Made by a program: the position numbers and the translations under genes. The notes beneath the pieces are model-generated. The model worked only from the letters and a program-made list of their open reading frames with translations, did no database searches and was not told the origin of the DNA. From assembly GCA_965208835.1 (NCBI GenBank), contig OZ242358.1:416001-480000 (forward strand): a stretch of DNA of 64,000 nt, read 5' to 3'. Below, in pieces: positions 1 to 11,250 of the stretch (its first letter is position 1; each line of letters begins with the position of its first letter). The DNA is from Candidatus Latescibacterota bacterium (GTDB taxonomy: Bacteria; Latescibacterota; UBA2968; GCA-2709665).

Positions 1-154
1 TATGTGCTTGTAAATAAAGGCGATTAAACGGCGGATTACCAGGATACACCAGGTCACTGGACGTGAAGGGAAAAAACGTCATTCTATACGTCGATATCGC
101 CCCGTTTCGGAGGGTTTTATCGTGTCGCCGCGTTGCTGTTTTTTCGGATTGAGG

Positions 155-1924
155 CTAACTCTCCCGGCTCTTCCCTTGGCCAATCTCCGGGACTTTCACG
201 TGAACGGTTACGATTTCCGTGTCGTGGAACTGCTGGTGGCGAACGGAAGACGCGATGTGCCGCAACAGCCGCAGCGAGACCTCCCGCTCCATCAGTACCT
301 CGTCAGGGGTCTCGGTGAGCAGGGCGATCCTGTTCTGAAGGTTATCCTCGCCGGACGCTGCTACGAACTCGAGGACGGCCCCGTCGGCTTCCTTGCGCGC
401 CTGCAGGAGCAGACGCCGACCCTCGCGTTTCTCGTGGTCCTCATCCTCCCCGATCAGTGTCAGCAACGTCTCCTCGCTGGCGGCGTCGAGACGGTCGACC
501 ATTTTCGCACCCCAGCCGCTGCGGGATGCGAACGTATCGAGGAACTCCCTGATCTTCGGAAGCACGGACAGGTCGAGCGCCGTTTCGATCCGGCTGCGGC
601 GCTGCGCCGTCAATTCCAGAAACAGGGTCATGAGGATCGCCATGATACCGCCGGCCGTGATGCCGTTGCTCAGCAGGCCGCCCCCCAGCTCCGCGAGAAG
701 TTCGGGGAACAGGAGGTCGTTCTGGCAGCCCACGCCGACCCAGAAGGCGACACCTGTGATCAGGGCCTTGCGATGGTCGATTCCGCCCTGCACCACCTCC
801 GTCATCCCCCTGACGAAGGTCATTGCCAGCACGACGGTCAGATAAGCGACGACGACCGGGCTGGGTATCGCCAGTATCATGGCAAGGACCTTGGGCAGGA
901 ACGCAAGTACGACCAGCACGCCAGCCGCAACGATTCCAACGCGGCGTGCTGCGACGCCCGTCAGCTCGACCGTCGGGACGCTGACTCCGATGGTCTGAGT
1001 CGGCACGATTCCCGCGATGCCTGACAGCAGTTTACCGATGCCGTCCGCCGTTACTGCACCCTCCACCGCCCGGTAGTCCACGGCCCGCGGCTGGCGCCAC
1101 GACACGCGCTGGATGGCGACCGCACCGGTGATCGTCTGGATAGCGCCGATGAGGGAAACGAACGCGAAGGCAGGCAGGAGTTCCACAAAGGCCGGGCCGA
1201 GGTCGAGCCCGATTCCCGGCCAGCCGCCCTGGGGCAAACCGATCCACGGAGCCCGGGCAATCAGATCGAAGTCATAGAGCCCCATCGATCCGCCAATAAC
1301 CGAGCCCGCTATTACCCCGATGAGCGGCGCCCACAGACGCAACGTTGCCCCGGCCTTCAGGGAGATGCCGCCGATGACCAGCCCCGTCGCCACGGCGGTG
1401 AGCGGCGCACTGAGCGCCGTCTCGGGCGGCGCGTCGGCCAGGCGACTGAATACGACCGGCAGCACGGTCGCAGGTATCAGCATGTTCACCGTGCCGACGA
1501 TGGTCGGTGTCAGAAGCCGCCTGAACAGGGCCAACCGCATCGAGATCACGATCGGGACGAGCGACGATGCGACGACCAGGGTGGCGAGAAGCGGCGGACC
1601 GCCCTCGTTGAGGGCGCTGACGCAGACCCCTATGAAGGCTCCGGCGGGGCCCATGAAGAGCAGGTATCCTGCTCCGACGCGGCTCAGCCTGACCGCTTGC
1701 AGAGCCGTGCAGACGCCACTCACGGCGACTGCGCCGAACACGGCCCAGGACAGGTACGCATCGGTTCCGCCGCTGACCCGGATGATAATCGTGGGGATAA
1801 AGATGATGCTGGTTATGCCGAGAACGACGAGCTGGAGGCCGCTGCCCAGAGACACAAGCGCCGGAGGATTCTCGTGGGGTTCGTATTGAACGCTGGAAGC
1901 GCTTTGCTCGTCACGGCTGCTCAC
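155..1924 (-). CDS. NCS2 (xanthine/uracil permease family) transporter with C-terminal degenerate RsbW-like HATPase domain
   Basis: 589-aa ORF. About 440 aa of multi-TM hydrophobic sequence with NCS2-like motifs (YEPHENPP..GLQ, GAVTADGIG, ELTGVAARRVG, PKVLAMILAIPSPV), then a ~145-aa soluble tail resembling an anti-sigma ATPase fold. Confidence 0.85.
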   Translation of the reverse strand: MSSRDEQSASSVQYEPHENPPALVSLGSGLQLVVLGITSIIFIPTIIIRVSGGTDAYLSWAVFGAVAVSGVCTALQAVRLSRVGAGYLLFMGPAGAFIGVCVSALNEGGPPLLATLVVASSLVPIVISMRLALFRRLLTPTIVGTVNMLIPATVLPVVFSRLADAPPETALSAPLTAVATGLVIGGISLKAGATLRLWAPLIGVIAGSVIGGSMGLYDFDLIARAPWIGLPQGGWPGIGLDLGPAFVELLPAFAFVSLIGAIQTITGAVAIQRVSWRQPRAVDYRAVEGAVTADGIGKLLSGIAGIVPTQTIGVSVPTVELTGVAARRVGIVAAGVLVVLAFLPKVLAMILAIPSPVVVAYLTVVLAMTFVRGMTEVVQGGIDHRKALITGVAFWVGVGCQNDLLFPELLAELGGGLLSNGITAGGIMAILMTLFLELTAQRRSRIETALDLSVLPKIREFLDTFASRSGWGAKMVDRLDAASEETLLTLIGEDEDHEKREGRRLLLQARKEADGAVLEFVAASGEDNLQNRIALLTETPDEVLMEREVSLRLLRHIASSVRHQQFHDTEIVTVHVKVPEIGQGKSRES

Positions 1925-1961
1925 GAGTCTACCCTGCAGGATTGGGCGGTCCGGAACGGGC

Positions 1962-2261
1962 TCAGGCAGGCCGCCCCGTCAACCAGTTCCATGGTCGGAT
2001 GTGAGACTCGGCGAAGATGCCCGCCTGGGCATAGGGACTGCCGGCGACAAAGGCCTGAGCCACCTCGAGCGAGGGCGCTTCGAGTACGAGGACCAGACCG
2101 GTGACTGACTCGCCACTCTCGCTGAGCGTCTGCCCGCCGTGATGAACGGACACATCGGGATGTTGGGCATGATCGTGAAGGTACGCGGCGAATGCATCCT
2201 GCAATCCGGCCCTTTCCTGTCCCTTTTCCGCCTTGTGAGTTGCGAAGACGACGAAATACAT
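1962..2261 (-). CDS. YciI-like family protein
   Basis: 99 aa, MYFVVFA...GG.TLS..G..TGLVLVLEAPSLE.A.AF...PY..AG pattern; GGAGGG RBS upstream. Confidence 0.8.
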   Translation of the reverse strand: MYFVVFATHKAEKGQERAGLQDAFAAYLHDHAQHPDVSVHHGGQTLSESGESVTGLVLVLEAPSLEVAQAFVAGSPYAQAGIFAESHIRPWNWLTGRPA

Positions 2262-2592
2262 ATGGCACCCTCCGTTTGCTGCCGGGATGCTCGCAAGACC
2301 ACGTCAGTTTGAGGAAACGCGTGCAACCGGCAGTCGATCACTTGAGTTGCGGGAACGTACGGATTCTCCACGTTTCGACACCCGCTTGTCGCAATAGCGT
2401 AGGTGACGCCACCGAAACTAGACGAAGTGTCGATAAAGGTGGTTTCGTATTAAATAGTATAATGGAATCGGTACCGATGGCAACCCTGCGAGGCAGCCCG
2501 GTATGACACGGCAGGGTACACGGGAGGCCTTTCAGGAAGCCTCAAAATGCGGCATCACAGGCGTTCCTGGAAGGCTGATGGACACCCACTGA

Positions 2593-3495
2593 TTACCTCA
2601 ATCCATTGATGTCATATCTTGATACAAAATTCCAGATCAGCGCGCTCGTATTGGCGCCGTCGCAGTTGATATCGAACCAGACGTGCCCTCCGTTGACCAC
2701 CTTGTAATGTTCAACGGAGGTATTTTTGTCTCCATTCGACCAGGAATGGCGTTCAATCGTCGTCGCGCCGTCGGCGATGCGGTTCACCGTGGGAGTTGCG
2801 CCGGTATTGTTGAAATCCGTCCAATAATCGAGCACGTCGTCGATTGACTTCAGTCCCGAACCTCCGCCATACGGGACAACAGCGTCTGATGTGCCATGGA
2901 TATTGATCATGGCGGTGGGGCGCGACGGGCTGCAGTTGTTAAAGGTCTCCACCATCATCGTTCCGGCAACGGAACCGATGGCCGCTATTTTGTTACTGTG
3001 GTAGCAGGCGAGCGCATACGTAAAAAACGCGCCATTCGAGTAGCCGCAGGAATAGACTCTTGCCGGGTCGATCCTGTAATTGGCTGAGATCTCACCGATC
3101 AGCGCTTCCACGAAGCCGAAGTCATCCGCATCGCTCTTGTTGGTATCCGATTCCAGACCGGCATTCCAGTGCGGGTTTCCATCCAGCAGGGTGCCTTGAG
3201 GATAGACCAGAATGAAATTTTCTGAATCCGCCAATGACCGCATATCCGCGAATCTCAGATACCGGGCCGCGTTCTGGCCGAATCCGTGAAAGTTGAACAT
3301 CAGCGGGACATTTGAAGTCTCATCATAGGAATCCGGCACATAGAGAGTGTATGTTCTGGTTACGCCGTTATGGGAAAGTGTTTGTGTAAACTGACCCGAT
3401 GAATCAGGCGCATCGAGCGGGATATCATCATTGCCTGAACAGGAAATCAGACCTGTAAGCGTCACGGCAGAAATGAAAAAAAGCCTTGTCATCAA
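2593..3495 (-). CDS. PHB depolymerase/LpqC-like esterase lipoprotein
   Basis: Lipobox LISC, FHG oxyanion motif, VYPQG, GYSNG nucleophile elbow, HGTSD and GGHVW catalytic motifs. Confidence 0.85.
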   Translation of the reverse strand: MMTRLFFISAVTLTGLISCSGNDDIPLDAPDSSGQFTQTLSHNGVTRTYTLYVPDSYDETSNVPLMFNFHGFGQNAARYLRFADMRSLADSENFILVYPQGTLLDGNPHWNAGLESDTNKSDADDFGFVEALIGEISANYRIDPARVYSCGYSNGAFFTYALACYHSNKIAAIGSVAGTMMVETFNNCSPSRPTAMINIHGTSDAVVPYGGGSGLKSIDDVLDYWTDFNNTGATPTVNRIADGATTIERHSWSNGDKNTSVEHYKVVNGGHVWFDINCDGANTSALIWNFVSRYDINGLR

Positions 3496-3508
3496 GGCAG
3501 TCCCCAGA

Positions 3509-3730
3509 TGCGGTGAGACGGTAGAGGTGAGACGGTAGAAGAAATGCGGGTAGAGGGAAGAGGGTAGACGGTAGAAGAAGCCCTTGCCGATTTGTTCCTA
3601 CGACTTGCCTGCGGCAAAAAAGAATCCCTTTACGGCATCCGATCTCTCCCGTCTAACGTCTCCCCTCTCACCGAGTGGTGGCGCGGGGTGTGGTCCTCTC
3701 CCCTCTTCCGTCTTGCATCTACCCGCTTTT
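3509..3730. repeat. Repeat family A (heptamer-armed hairpin element), copy 1
   Basis: Purine-rich GA(C/G)GNNA heptamer arm, core CCTTGCC..TGCCTGCGGCA..AAGAATCC, complementary pyrimidine arm ending ACCCGCTTTT; near reverse complement of 35017-35243. Confidence 0.85.
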
Positions 3731-3766
3731 GAGGGGCCGGGGGGAGAGGTCAGGCTGACAGCTGTT

Positions 3767-4906
3767 TCAATATAGGCCGGGGAAGATCCGATACTTCACG
3801 CGCGCCTGATACTCCGCCCACTTATCGGGGCCGTATTTCTCCGCGCAGTAGATGTCGTCATCGTGTTGACGCCAACTGAACATCGCGATGATGAAGGCAA
3901 AGTAGGTCCAGACCCAGGGATTCGTGAAGTAGCCGAAAACCAGGGCGATCGACAGGGCGAGGATCCCTTCGCCCATGTAGTTGAAGTGGCGTGCGACACC
4001 CCATAGCCCGCTGCACAGGATCTTTCGGTCTCCGGCCTCGATGTACTCGGGTTCGATAAGGCCGAGAAACTTGCGTTCGGGCCATCGCTTGAACGAGTAT
4101 TTCTGCAGGTTGGCGCCGCGCGAGATACCCCACCCGAACAGGAACAGCGCGCCCGCGCCGATGAGCCAGACATACGTCCACGTCGGCGAGAATCCCGGAT
4201 CCGGGTAGGCCGCCATACCCCACAACGGAAGGATGAACAGCCATCCGTAGACGACGAGGCAGCCCCAAAGCAACTTGAAGCCGAGCCTTTCATGGATCAG
4301 ATCGAAGGTATATAGCTGGACGCGCTCGAAAACGCAGTAGTCCAGAATGTAGAACGCGAAGAACGCCGCGTAAAGGAAGACGCCCGGATTGGAATCTTCG
4401 CCAAAGAGCTTGTAGTGATAGGCGGCCCCGGACAGGGCGTTGAGTGCCAGCATCGCCCCACCCACGACATACAGATACATCTTCACGTCAATGCGGTTGT
4501 TGAAGAACGACAATTCACGGGCCCGCCCGAACCACAGCGCCAGAAGCGGATTCTTTACCTCGCCACGCGGCTGACTGAACACCGCGACGATTGTAAAGAT
4601 CATGGCGAAGACCGTTCCGCCGGTCACAGAATAGATGGAGGTCCGGTAAAACCAGTCCAGGGGGATGCCGGTGAGTTCGAATGCCCATACGATCAGCGCG
4701 ATTGCATACACCAGCAGCCCGTTCAGCCGGTAACTGCGGGGCTGACCCGTTTCCGGATTGATAACGTAGCCCGGGACCCGTCTTCCCGGTAATATAAGCT
4801 GCGCCAGGAAGAACGCGACGAAGATCGCCAGCGGGGCGAAAAATCCCGCAATTGCTTCCGTGTGGGAAAGCTCGAACAGGTGGCCGATACCAAGCCATTC
4901 AATCAC
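3767..4906 (-). CDS. ERG4/ERG24 family sterol reductase (delta14/delta7-like), integral membrane
   Basis: Y.LNGL, WFGRA, LYTFDLIHERLGFKL.WG, RGANLQK..FK, SGLWGVARHFNYMGE and C-terminal C.EKYG..W..Y..RV.YRIFPGLY motifs of sterol reductases. Confidence 0.9.
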   Translation of the reverse strand: MIEWLGIGHLFELSHTEAIAGFFAPLAIFVAFFLAQLILPGRRVPGYVINPETGQPRSYRLNGLLVYAIALIVWAFELTGIPLDWFYRTSIYSVTGGTVFAMIFTIVAVFSQPRGEVKNPLLALWFGRARELSFFNNRIDVKMYLYVVGGAMLALNALSGAAYHYKLFGEDSNPGVFLYAAFFAFYILDYCVFERVQLYTFDLIHERLGFKLLWGCLVVYGWLFILPLWGMAAYPDPGFSPTWTYVWLIGAGALFLFGWGISRGANLQKYSFKRWPERKFLGLIEPEYIEAGDRKILCSGLWGVARHFNYMGEGILALSIALVFGYFTNPWVWTYFAFIIAMFSWRQHDDDIYCAEKYGPDKWAEYQARVKYRIFPGLY

Positions 4907-5076
4907 GGTCGAATTCCCCTTTCTCCAGTGACTCCGTCATTCACGTTGATCGTCTCTGTCAGCGTGCCATCGCGAGTCGGCGCCGGCCTCGGCAGGCTCG
5001 TGATACCGCGATTCATCCCGGCCACCAGGAAGAGGACCGGACATCGTGCGAGACGCTTGAGCGGTTGTCCGAAACT

Positions 5077-5565
5077 TCATTCAGACGTCCCCTGGGGCGC
5101 CGGAAAACCGTGCTGAAGGATGGCCTCGGTCGAGGTCAGCAACGTCTTCCAACCCTGCTCTGCCCGCTCCGTGTACACCGCGAAGGTCGACGGCATCCTG
5201 TGGGTGAGCCTCGCCGAGCAACCGCCCGCCCGGGGAGCGATCTCGATCCTCACAATCGATGATCCCTCCCGCTCTGACAGCTCCCTCGTAAACCAGGTGC
5301 ACTGGATGACCGAGGGGCGCTCCAGGGTCAGGTAGGTGCCCCAATGGCGCATCTCTTCGCCATCACGCATGTCGCTGAACATGAAGGCGCCGCCGGGACG
5401 AGGATCGGTCTCGATTCGAACGATGTTTCCCGGAAGGCCGAACTTTAACAGGGCATGGCTCATCCACCTCCGGATGTCCTGAGGGTTGAGCCATGCATCG
5501 AAGACTTCGTCCGCCGTTGCATGCCGGAACCGATGCTCCACGCTGACTTCGAACACCTCACTCAT
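5077..5565 (-). CDS. SRPBCC/AHSA1-like domain protein
   Basis: VFDAWLNP..IRRW, DPRPGG.F, G.Y..LERP, RLTH..GW motifs. Confidence 0.85.
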   Translation of the reverse strand: MSEVFEVSVEHRFRHATADEVFDAWLNPQDIRRWMSHALLKFGLPGNIVRIETDPRPGGAFMFSDMRDGEEMRHWGTYLTLERPSVIQCTWFTRELSEREGSSIVRIEIAPRAGGCSARLTHRMPSTFAVYTERAEQGWKTLLTSTEAILQHGFPAPQGTSE

Positions 5566-5773
5566 TTCGTCATTCCTTCCCCTGGTCTTTCCAGACGGGG
5601 AGCGCAGCTTCGAAGGCAGAGATCCGTTCCCGCAGAACGTCGTCGCTGTCGGCCTCTATGGTCTTCTCGAACCGGCTGGCGCGCAACTCGTCCCCGGAAT
5701 CCGTCCACATCGACGGACCGCTTCAGTCCGGTAGACGGGCGCGGACGTCTCACCAGGATCAGCGGCAACGCGG

Positions 5774-6232
5774 CTAATGGGAAACGTGGGCTTCCGGATT
5801 GCGATCCGCCACCAGATCCAGGGCAATTCCGTGTTCCAACCAGGCCTTGAGCGCGGCGAGGACGAGAGAGAAACCCCCCATGGAGTCCAGTGCCATGGCG
5901 ACGACCTCCTCCCCGGTCCCCCGGAACCCCGTGTTCGAGATCTCAACGAGGGTCGCTTCCGCGCCACGAGAGGTGAACCGCCACTCGACGGTCGTCGACG
6001 GCTCGTCCCATTCGATGAGAATCCTGGAGGGCGTCTCGATGGTCTTGACGTGGACGTCCGCGGAGGCTCCGTACATCTCCCACTCCCACGTAACCCCAGC
6101 GCCCGGCGCCAGCCTGCCGCTGCTCCTGGTGAACCAGAATCGGGTGGTGACGGCAGGATCGACGAACGCGTTGAACACTTCGTCGACTGGCCGACGGACC
6201 AGCATCTGTGCCTGAACAACAGGATCGATCAC
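5774..6232 (-). CDS. SRPBCC/AHSA1-like domain protein
   Basis: MLVRRPVDEVFNAFVDP.VTTRFWF...GF..VL..LKA.LEHG; GTG start. Confidence 0.85.
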   Translation of the reverse strand: MIDPVVQAQMLVRRPVDEVFNAFVDPAVTTRFWFTRSSGRLAPGAGVTWEWEMYGASADVHVKTIETPSRILIEWDEPSTTVEWRFTSRGAEATLVEISNTGFRGTGEEVVAMALDSMGGFSLVLAALKAWLEHGIALDLVADRNPEAHVSH

Positions 6233-6244
6233 ATTTGCACCCTA

Positions 6245-6406
6245 CCAGCCCGTTGAAAAAGCCCATCCGGGCTGCGGCCGGCCCTTGCGGTCGAAATACG
6301 GCGTTGCGCGCCCTCGCCGAATCGCAGGATGGGACTCGGTTGCGCGCCTTGTCTTCGGCCACAATGGCTCAGCCTCGCCTGCAGAGCGACTTTATCAACG
6401 GACTGT
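6245..6406. mobile_element. MITE family B, copy 1 (162 bp)
   Basis: Imperfect TIRs CAGCCCGTTGAAAAA / TTATCAACGGACTG, TA on both flanks; near-identical copies at 6931 and 9318. Confidence 0.85.
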
Positions 6407-6431
6407 TACGGTTGCCAAACAGGGTAGAGCA

Positions 6432-6905
6432 TTAACCGGACTCGCGCAGCGCCTTGATTACAGCCCCGCCGTGCCCGGCAGCCCGGGCACGTTTCCAGAC
6501 TTTGGTCAGAACTCCGTCCGGGCCGATGATGAACGTCGACCGCGTCATTCCCTCGAAGCGACGGCCGTAGAGGACTTTCTCACCCCAGGCGCCATAGCGG
6601 GTGGAGACGGTTGCATCGGCATCCACCAGCAGCGGAAACGGCAGCCGCTGGCTTTCCCGGAAACCCCGGTGCGAATCGGCATCGTCTCTCGAAACGCCGA
6701 GCACGACTGCGTCCTCATCCACGATTTCGGCGTGATTATCCCGCAATGAGCAGGCCTGAATCGTACAGCCGGGTGTGTTATCGCGTGGATAGAAATAGAG
6801 TACGACCGTCCTGCCCCTGTATCCGGCCAGCGAATGGACGTTGCCGTCCTGATCGGCAAGTTCGAAATCCGGGGCCGCATCCCCTGCCGCCAGCGTGATT
6901 GCCAT
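6432..6905 (-). CDS. bcp: Thioredoxin-dependent thiol peroxidase (BCP/PrxQ)
   Basis: YFYPRDNTPGCTIQAC active site, GVS.D, RSTFIIGPDG; ATG at 6905 with GGAGAAAGGA RBS. Confidence 0.92.
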   Translation of the reverse strand: MAITLAAGDAAPDFELADQDGNVHSLAGYRGRTVVLYFYPRDNTPGCTIQACSLRDNHAEIVDEDAVVLGVSRDDADSHRGFRESQRLPFPLLVDADATVSTRYGAWGEKVLYGRRFEGMTRSTFIIGPDGVLTKVWKRARAAGHGGAVIKALRESG

Positions 6906-6930
6906 CGTCGTTCCTTTCTCCACTACCGTA

Positions 6931-7115
6931 GCAGCCCGTTGAAAAAATCCATCCGGTCTGCGGGTGGCCCTTGCGGTCGAAATACTGCGTTGCGCTCCCT
7001 CGCCGAATCGCTCGATTCGACTCGGTTACGCGCCTTGTCTTCGGCCACAATGGCGACATATTTCAGGGACGGGACACCATACCTCGCCTGCAGAGCGACT
7101 TTATCAACGGACTGC
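6931..7115. mobile_element. MITE family B, copy 2 (185 bp, 23 bp longer)
   Basis: Same TIRs and TA flanks as copy 1; extra internal segment ACATATTTCAGGGACGGGACACC. Confidence 0.85.
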
Positions 7116-7145
7116 TAACGACGCTGTCGAGAGCGCCAGTTGAGA

Positions 7146-9314
<2,169 letters not shown>

Positions 9315-9317
9315 CTA

Positions 9318-9479
9318 ACAGCCCGTTGAAAAAGCCCATCCGGGCTACGGCCGGCCCTTGCGGTCGAAATACTGCGTTGCGCGCCATCGCCGAATCGCTG
9401 GATGGGACTCGGTCGTGCGCCTTGTCTTCGGCCACAATGGCTCGGCCTCGCCTGCAGAGCGACTCTATCAACGGACTGC
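9318..9479. mobile_element. MITE family B, copy 3 (162 bp)
   Basis: Same TIRs and TA flanks, same orientation as copies 1 and 2. Confidence 0.85.
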
Positions 9480-9628
9480 TAACCGTTGCAGGCTTGGTGT
9501 ATTGTTGGCGTAGACGGATAAAATAAGGCGTTCGCAGGTTCACAGGCAAGCGGAATCTGGCTTACGCAATGGCGGACTGCCCGTTGCCGATATCTCCGCC
9601 TGATTTGGGTATACATACTGCATTGATC

Positions 9629-10768
9629 CTACACTTCGGCCAATGCCTTTGCGAAGTCCGCGCACAGATCCTCGGCTGCCTCGATGCCGCACGCCACACG
9701 GACGAGGCCATCGGTTATTCCCAAATCCGACCGATCTACCGGGCTCATGCCGCTGTGCGAGGTGGCGGCCGGACGCGTAATGAGGGTTTCGACGCCTCCG
9801 AGACTGGGGGCCGTTACCGGCAACGTCAGCCCGGACAGCAGTTGCCCGGCCGCCGCCACGCCCCCCTCCAATTCAAAGCTCAACACCCCGCCCGCTCCGG
9901 CAAACAACCGATGCGCCCGCTCGTATTGCGGGTGGCCCTCCAGCCCCGGATAGTTCACCCGGGCCACCTGCTCCTGGCCGGTTAAAAAGCGCGCCAGAGT
10001 CAGACCGTTCTCATTGTGCTGGCGCATTCTGAGCGCCAACGTATTCAGGCCCCGCTGCAGAAGAAAACAGGCGTGTGTATCCAGCGAACCGCCCAGATGA
10101 TTCAGCTTGTGCCGGATCGCCTCGACGTGTTCGGAGGACCCAAGTATCGTGCCGGCGACCAGGTCGGAGTGACCGTTCAGGTACTTGGTCGCGCTGTGCA
10201 GTTCGATGTCGAAACCGATTTCCAGCGGGCGGAAATTGCAGGGTGAGGCAAAGGTATTGTCGATCAGGGAGACCAGCCCGTGTTCGCGGGCGAATTCCAC
10301 AACGGCCTCGAGATCGGCGACCTCCAGTAGCGGATTGGTCATGGTCTCCACGTAAATCGCCCGGGTCTCCGGACGGAGCTTGTCCGCCCACGTGTCCGGC
10401 GTGTTCCCGGCGATAAAGTCGAAATCAATCCCCATGCGCGGCGCATCCTGCGTCACGAAACTGTGCGTGCCCCCGTAGAGACAGTCCTGGATCAGCAGAT
10501 GATCACCGCTGTTGAGCACGGTAATCAATGCCGTGGTGATCGCGGCCATCCCGGAGCCGGTTACGAGCGCGTCTTCACCGCCGCAGACAGCGGCCAGCTT
10601 GGCATGCAGTGCGCGGTGATTGGGTGTGTTGTTCAGGCGGAGATAGCGAATGTCGTTGTAGTCCTGCTCGTCCTGTGAAACAAAGGTCGAACTCTGGAAG
10701 ATCGGCAGCACCACGGCGCCCTCGATTCGCTCCTCGCCGGCGTGAACGAGACGGGTTTGGATATCCAT
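9629..10768 (-). CDS. PLP-dependent Cys/Met metabolism enzyme (cystathionine gamma-lyase/synthase or methionine gamma-lyase family)
   Basis: SGMAAI, YGGT, E..TNP, DNTF, HSATKYLNGHSD (PLP lysine), SLGGVE motifs. Confidence 0.92.
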   Translation of the reverse strand: MDIQTRLVHAGEERIEGAVVLPIFQSSTFVSQDEQDYNDIRYLRLNNTPNHRALHAKLAAVCGGEDALVTGSGMAAITTALITVLNSGDHLLIQDCLYGGTHSFVTQDAPRMGIDFDFIAGNTPDTWADKLRPETRAIYVETMTNPLLEVADLEAVVEFAREHGLVSLIDNTFASPCNFRPLEIGFDIELHSATKYLNGHSDLVAGTILGSSEHVEAIRHKLNHLGGSLDTHACFLLQRGLNTLALRMRQHNENGLTLARFLTGQEQVARVNYPGLEGHPQYERAHRLFAGAGGVLSFELEGGVAAAGQLLSGLTLPVTAPSLGGVETLITRPAATSHSGMSPVDRSDLGITDGLVRVACGIEAAEDLCADFAKALAEV

Positions 10769-10842
10769 AGTACTTTTCCTCGGGAAATTACAGCGTGACT
10801 TCTGCGCAAAATGGATGCATATATCTTGAATAATACATTAAA

Positions 10843-10868
10843 CATGGATAGACAGGATGAACAGGATA
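10843..10868. repeat. Short CAGGAT-based tandem repeat (family E)
   Basis: ATGGATAGACAGGATGAACAGGAT; related ATGGATACAGAGGATAGGCAGGAT near 37074-37098. Confidence 0.5.
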
Positions 10869-10936
10869 CAGAACACCAGCAGGAAGACCCGAAAACTTGG
10901 ATTATTTCAAATTCAATTACATTGAAGCGACAAGGC

Positions 10937-11041
10937 GGGCGCCCACAAGGGACGCCCCTACGAATTCAACGCCGGCGCGAAACCCGGATCGTTCAATTCG
11001 TAGAATTCTGGTTTTTGTAGGGGCGTCCCTTGTGGGCGCCC
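10937..11041. repeat. GTAG-type REP inverted doublet (REPIN-like)
   Basis: Perfect 25-bp inverted pair GGGCGCCCACAAGGGACGCCCCTAC (10937-10961) / GTAGGGGCGTCCCTTGTGGGCGCCC (11017-11041). Confidence 0.85.
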
Positions 11042-11250
11042 CGCAGTCGTACCCGTTCGTCGATATTTAGTATAACTTCGATAATTCGAAAACGCGAGCC
11101 GTCACAGGTGAACATTACGAACAGGACGAAGACCCGATAGCCCGATAACCGCCCCGATTCGACGTCCACACTAGCCGACGTGACTCTTCGGCCTGTCCTT
11201 CATCGAACCCATTGTACCCTTAAACGCCTTCGGCGCAAAAAGGAAAAACC

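Noticed and set aside
5570-5710. 46-aa minus-strand ORF (MWTDSGDELR...) between the SRPBCC genes
   Set aside because: Plausible codon usage but no RBS or recognisable motif; cannot be supported.
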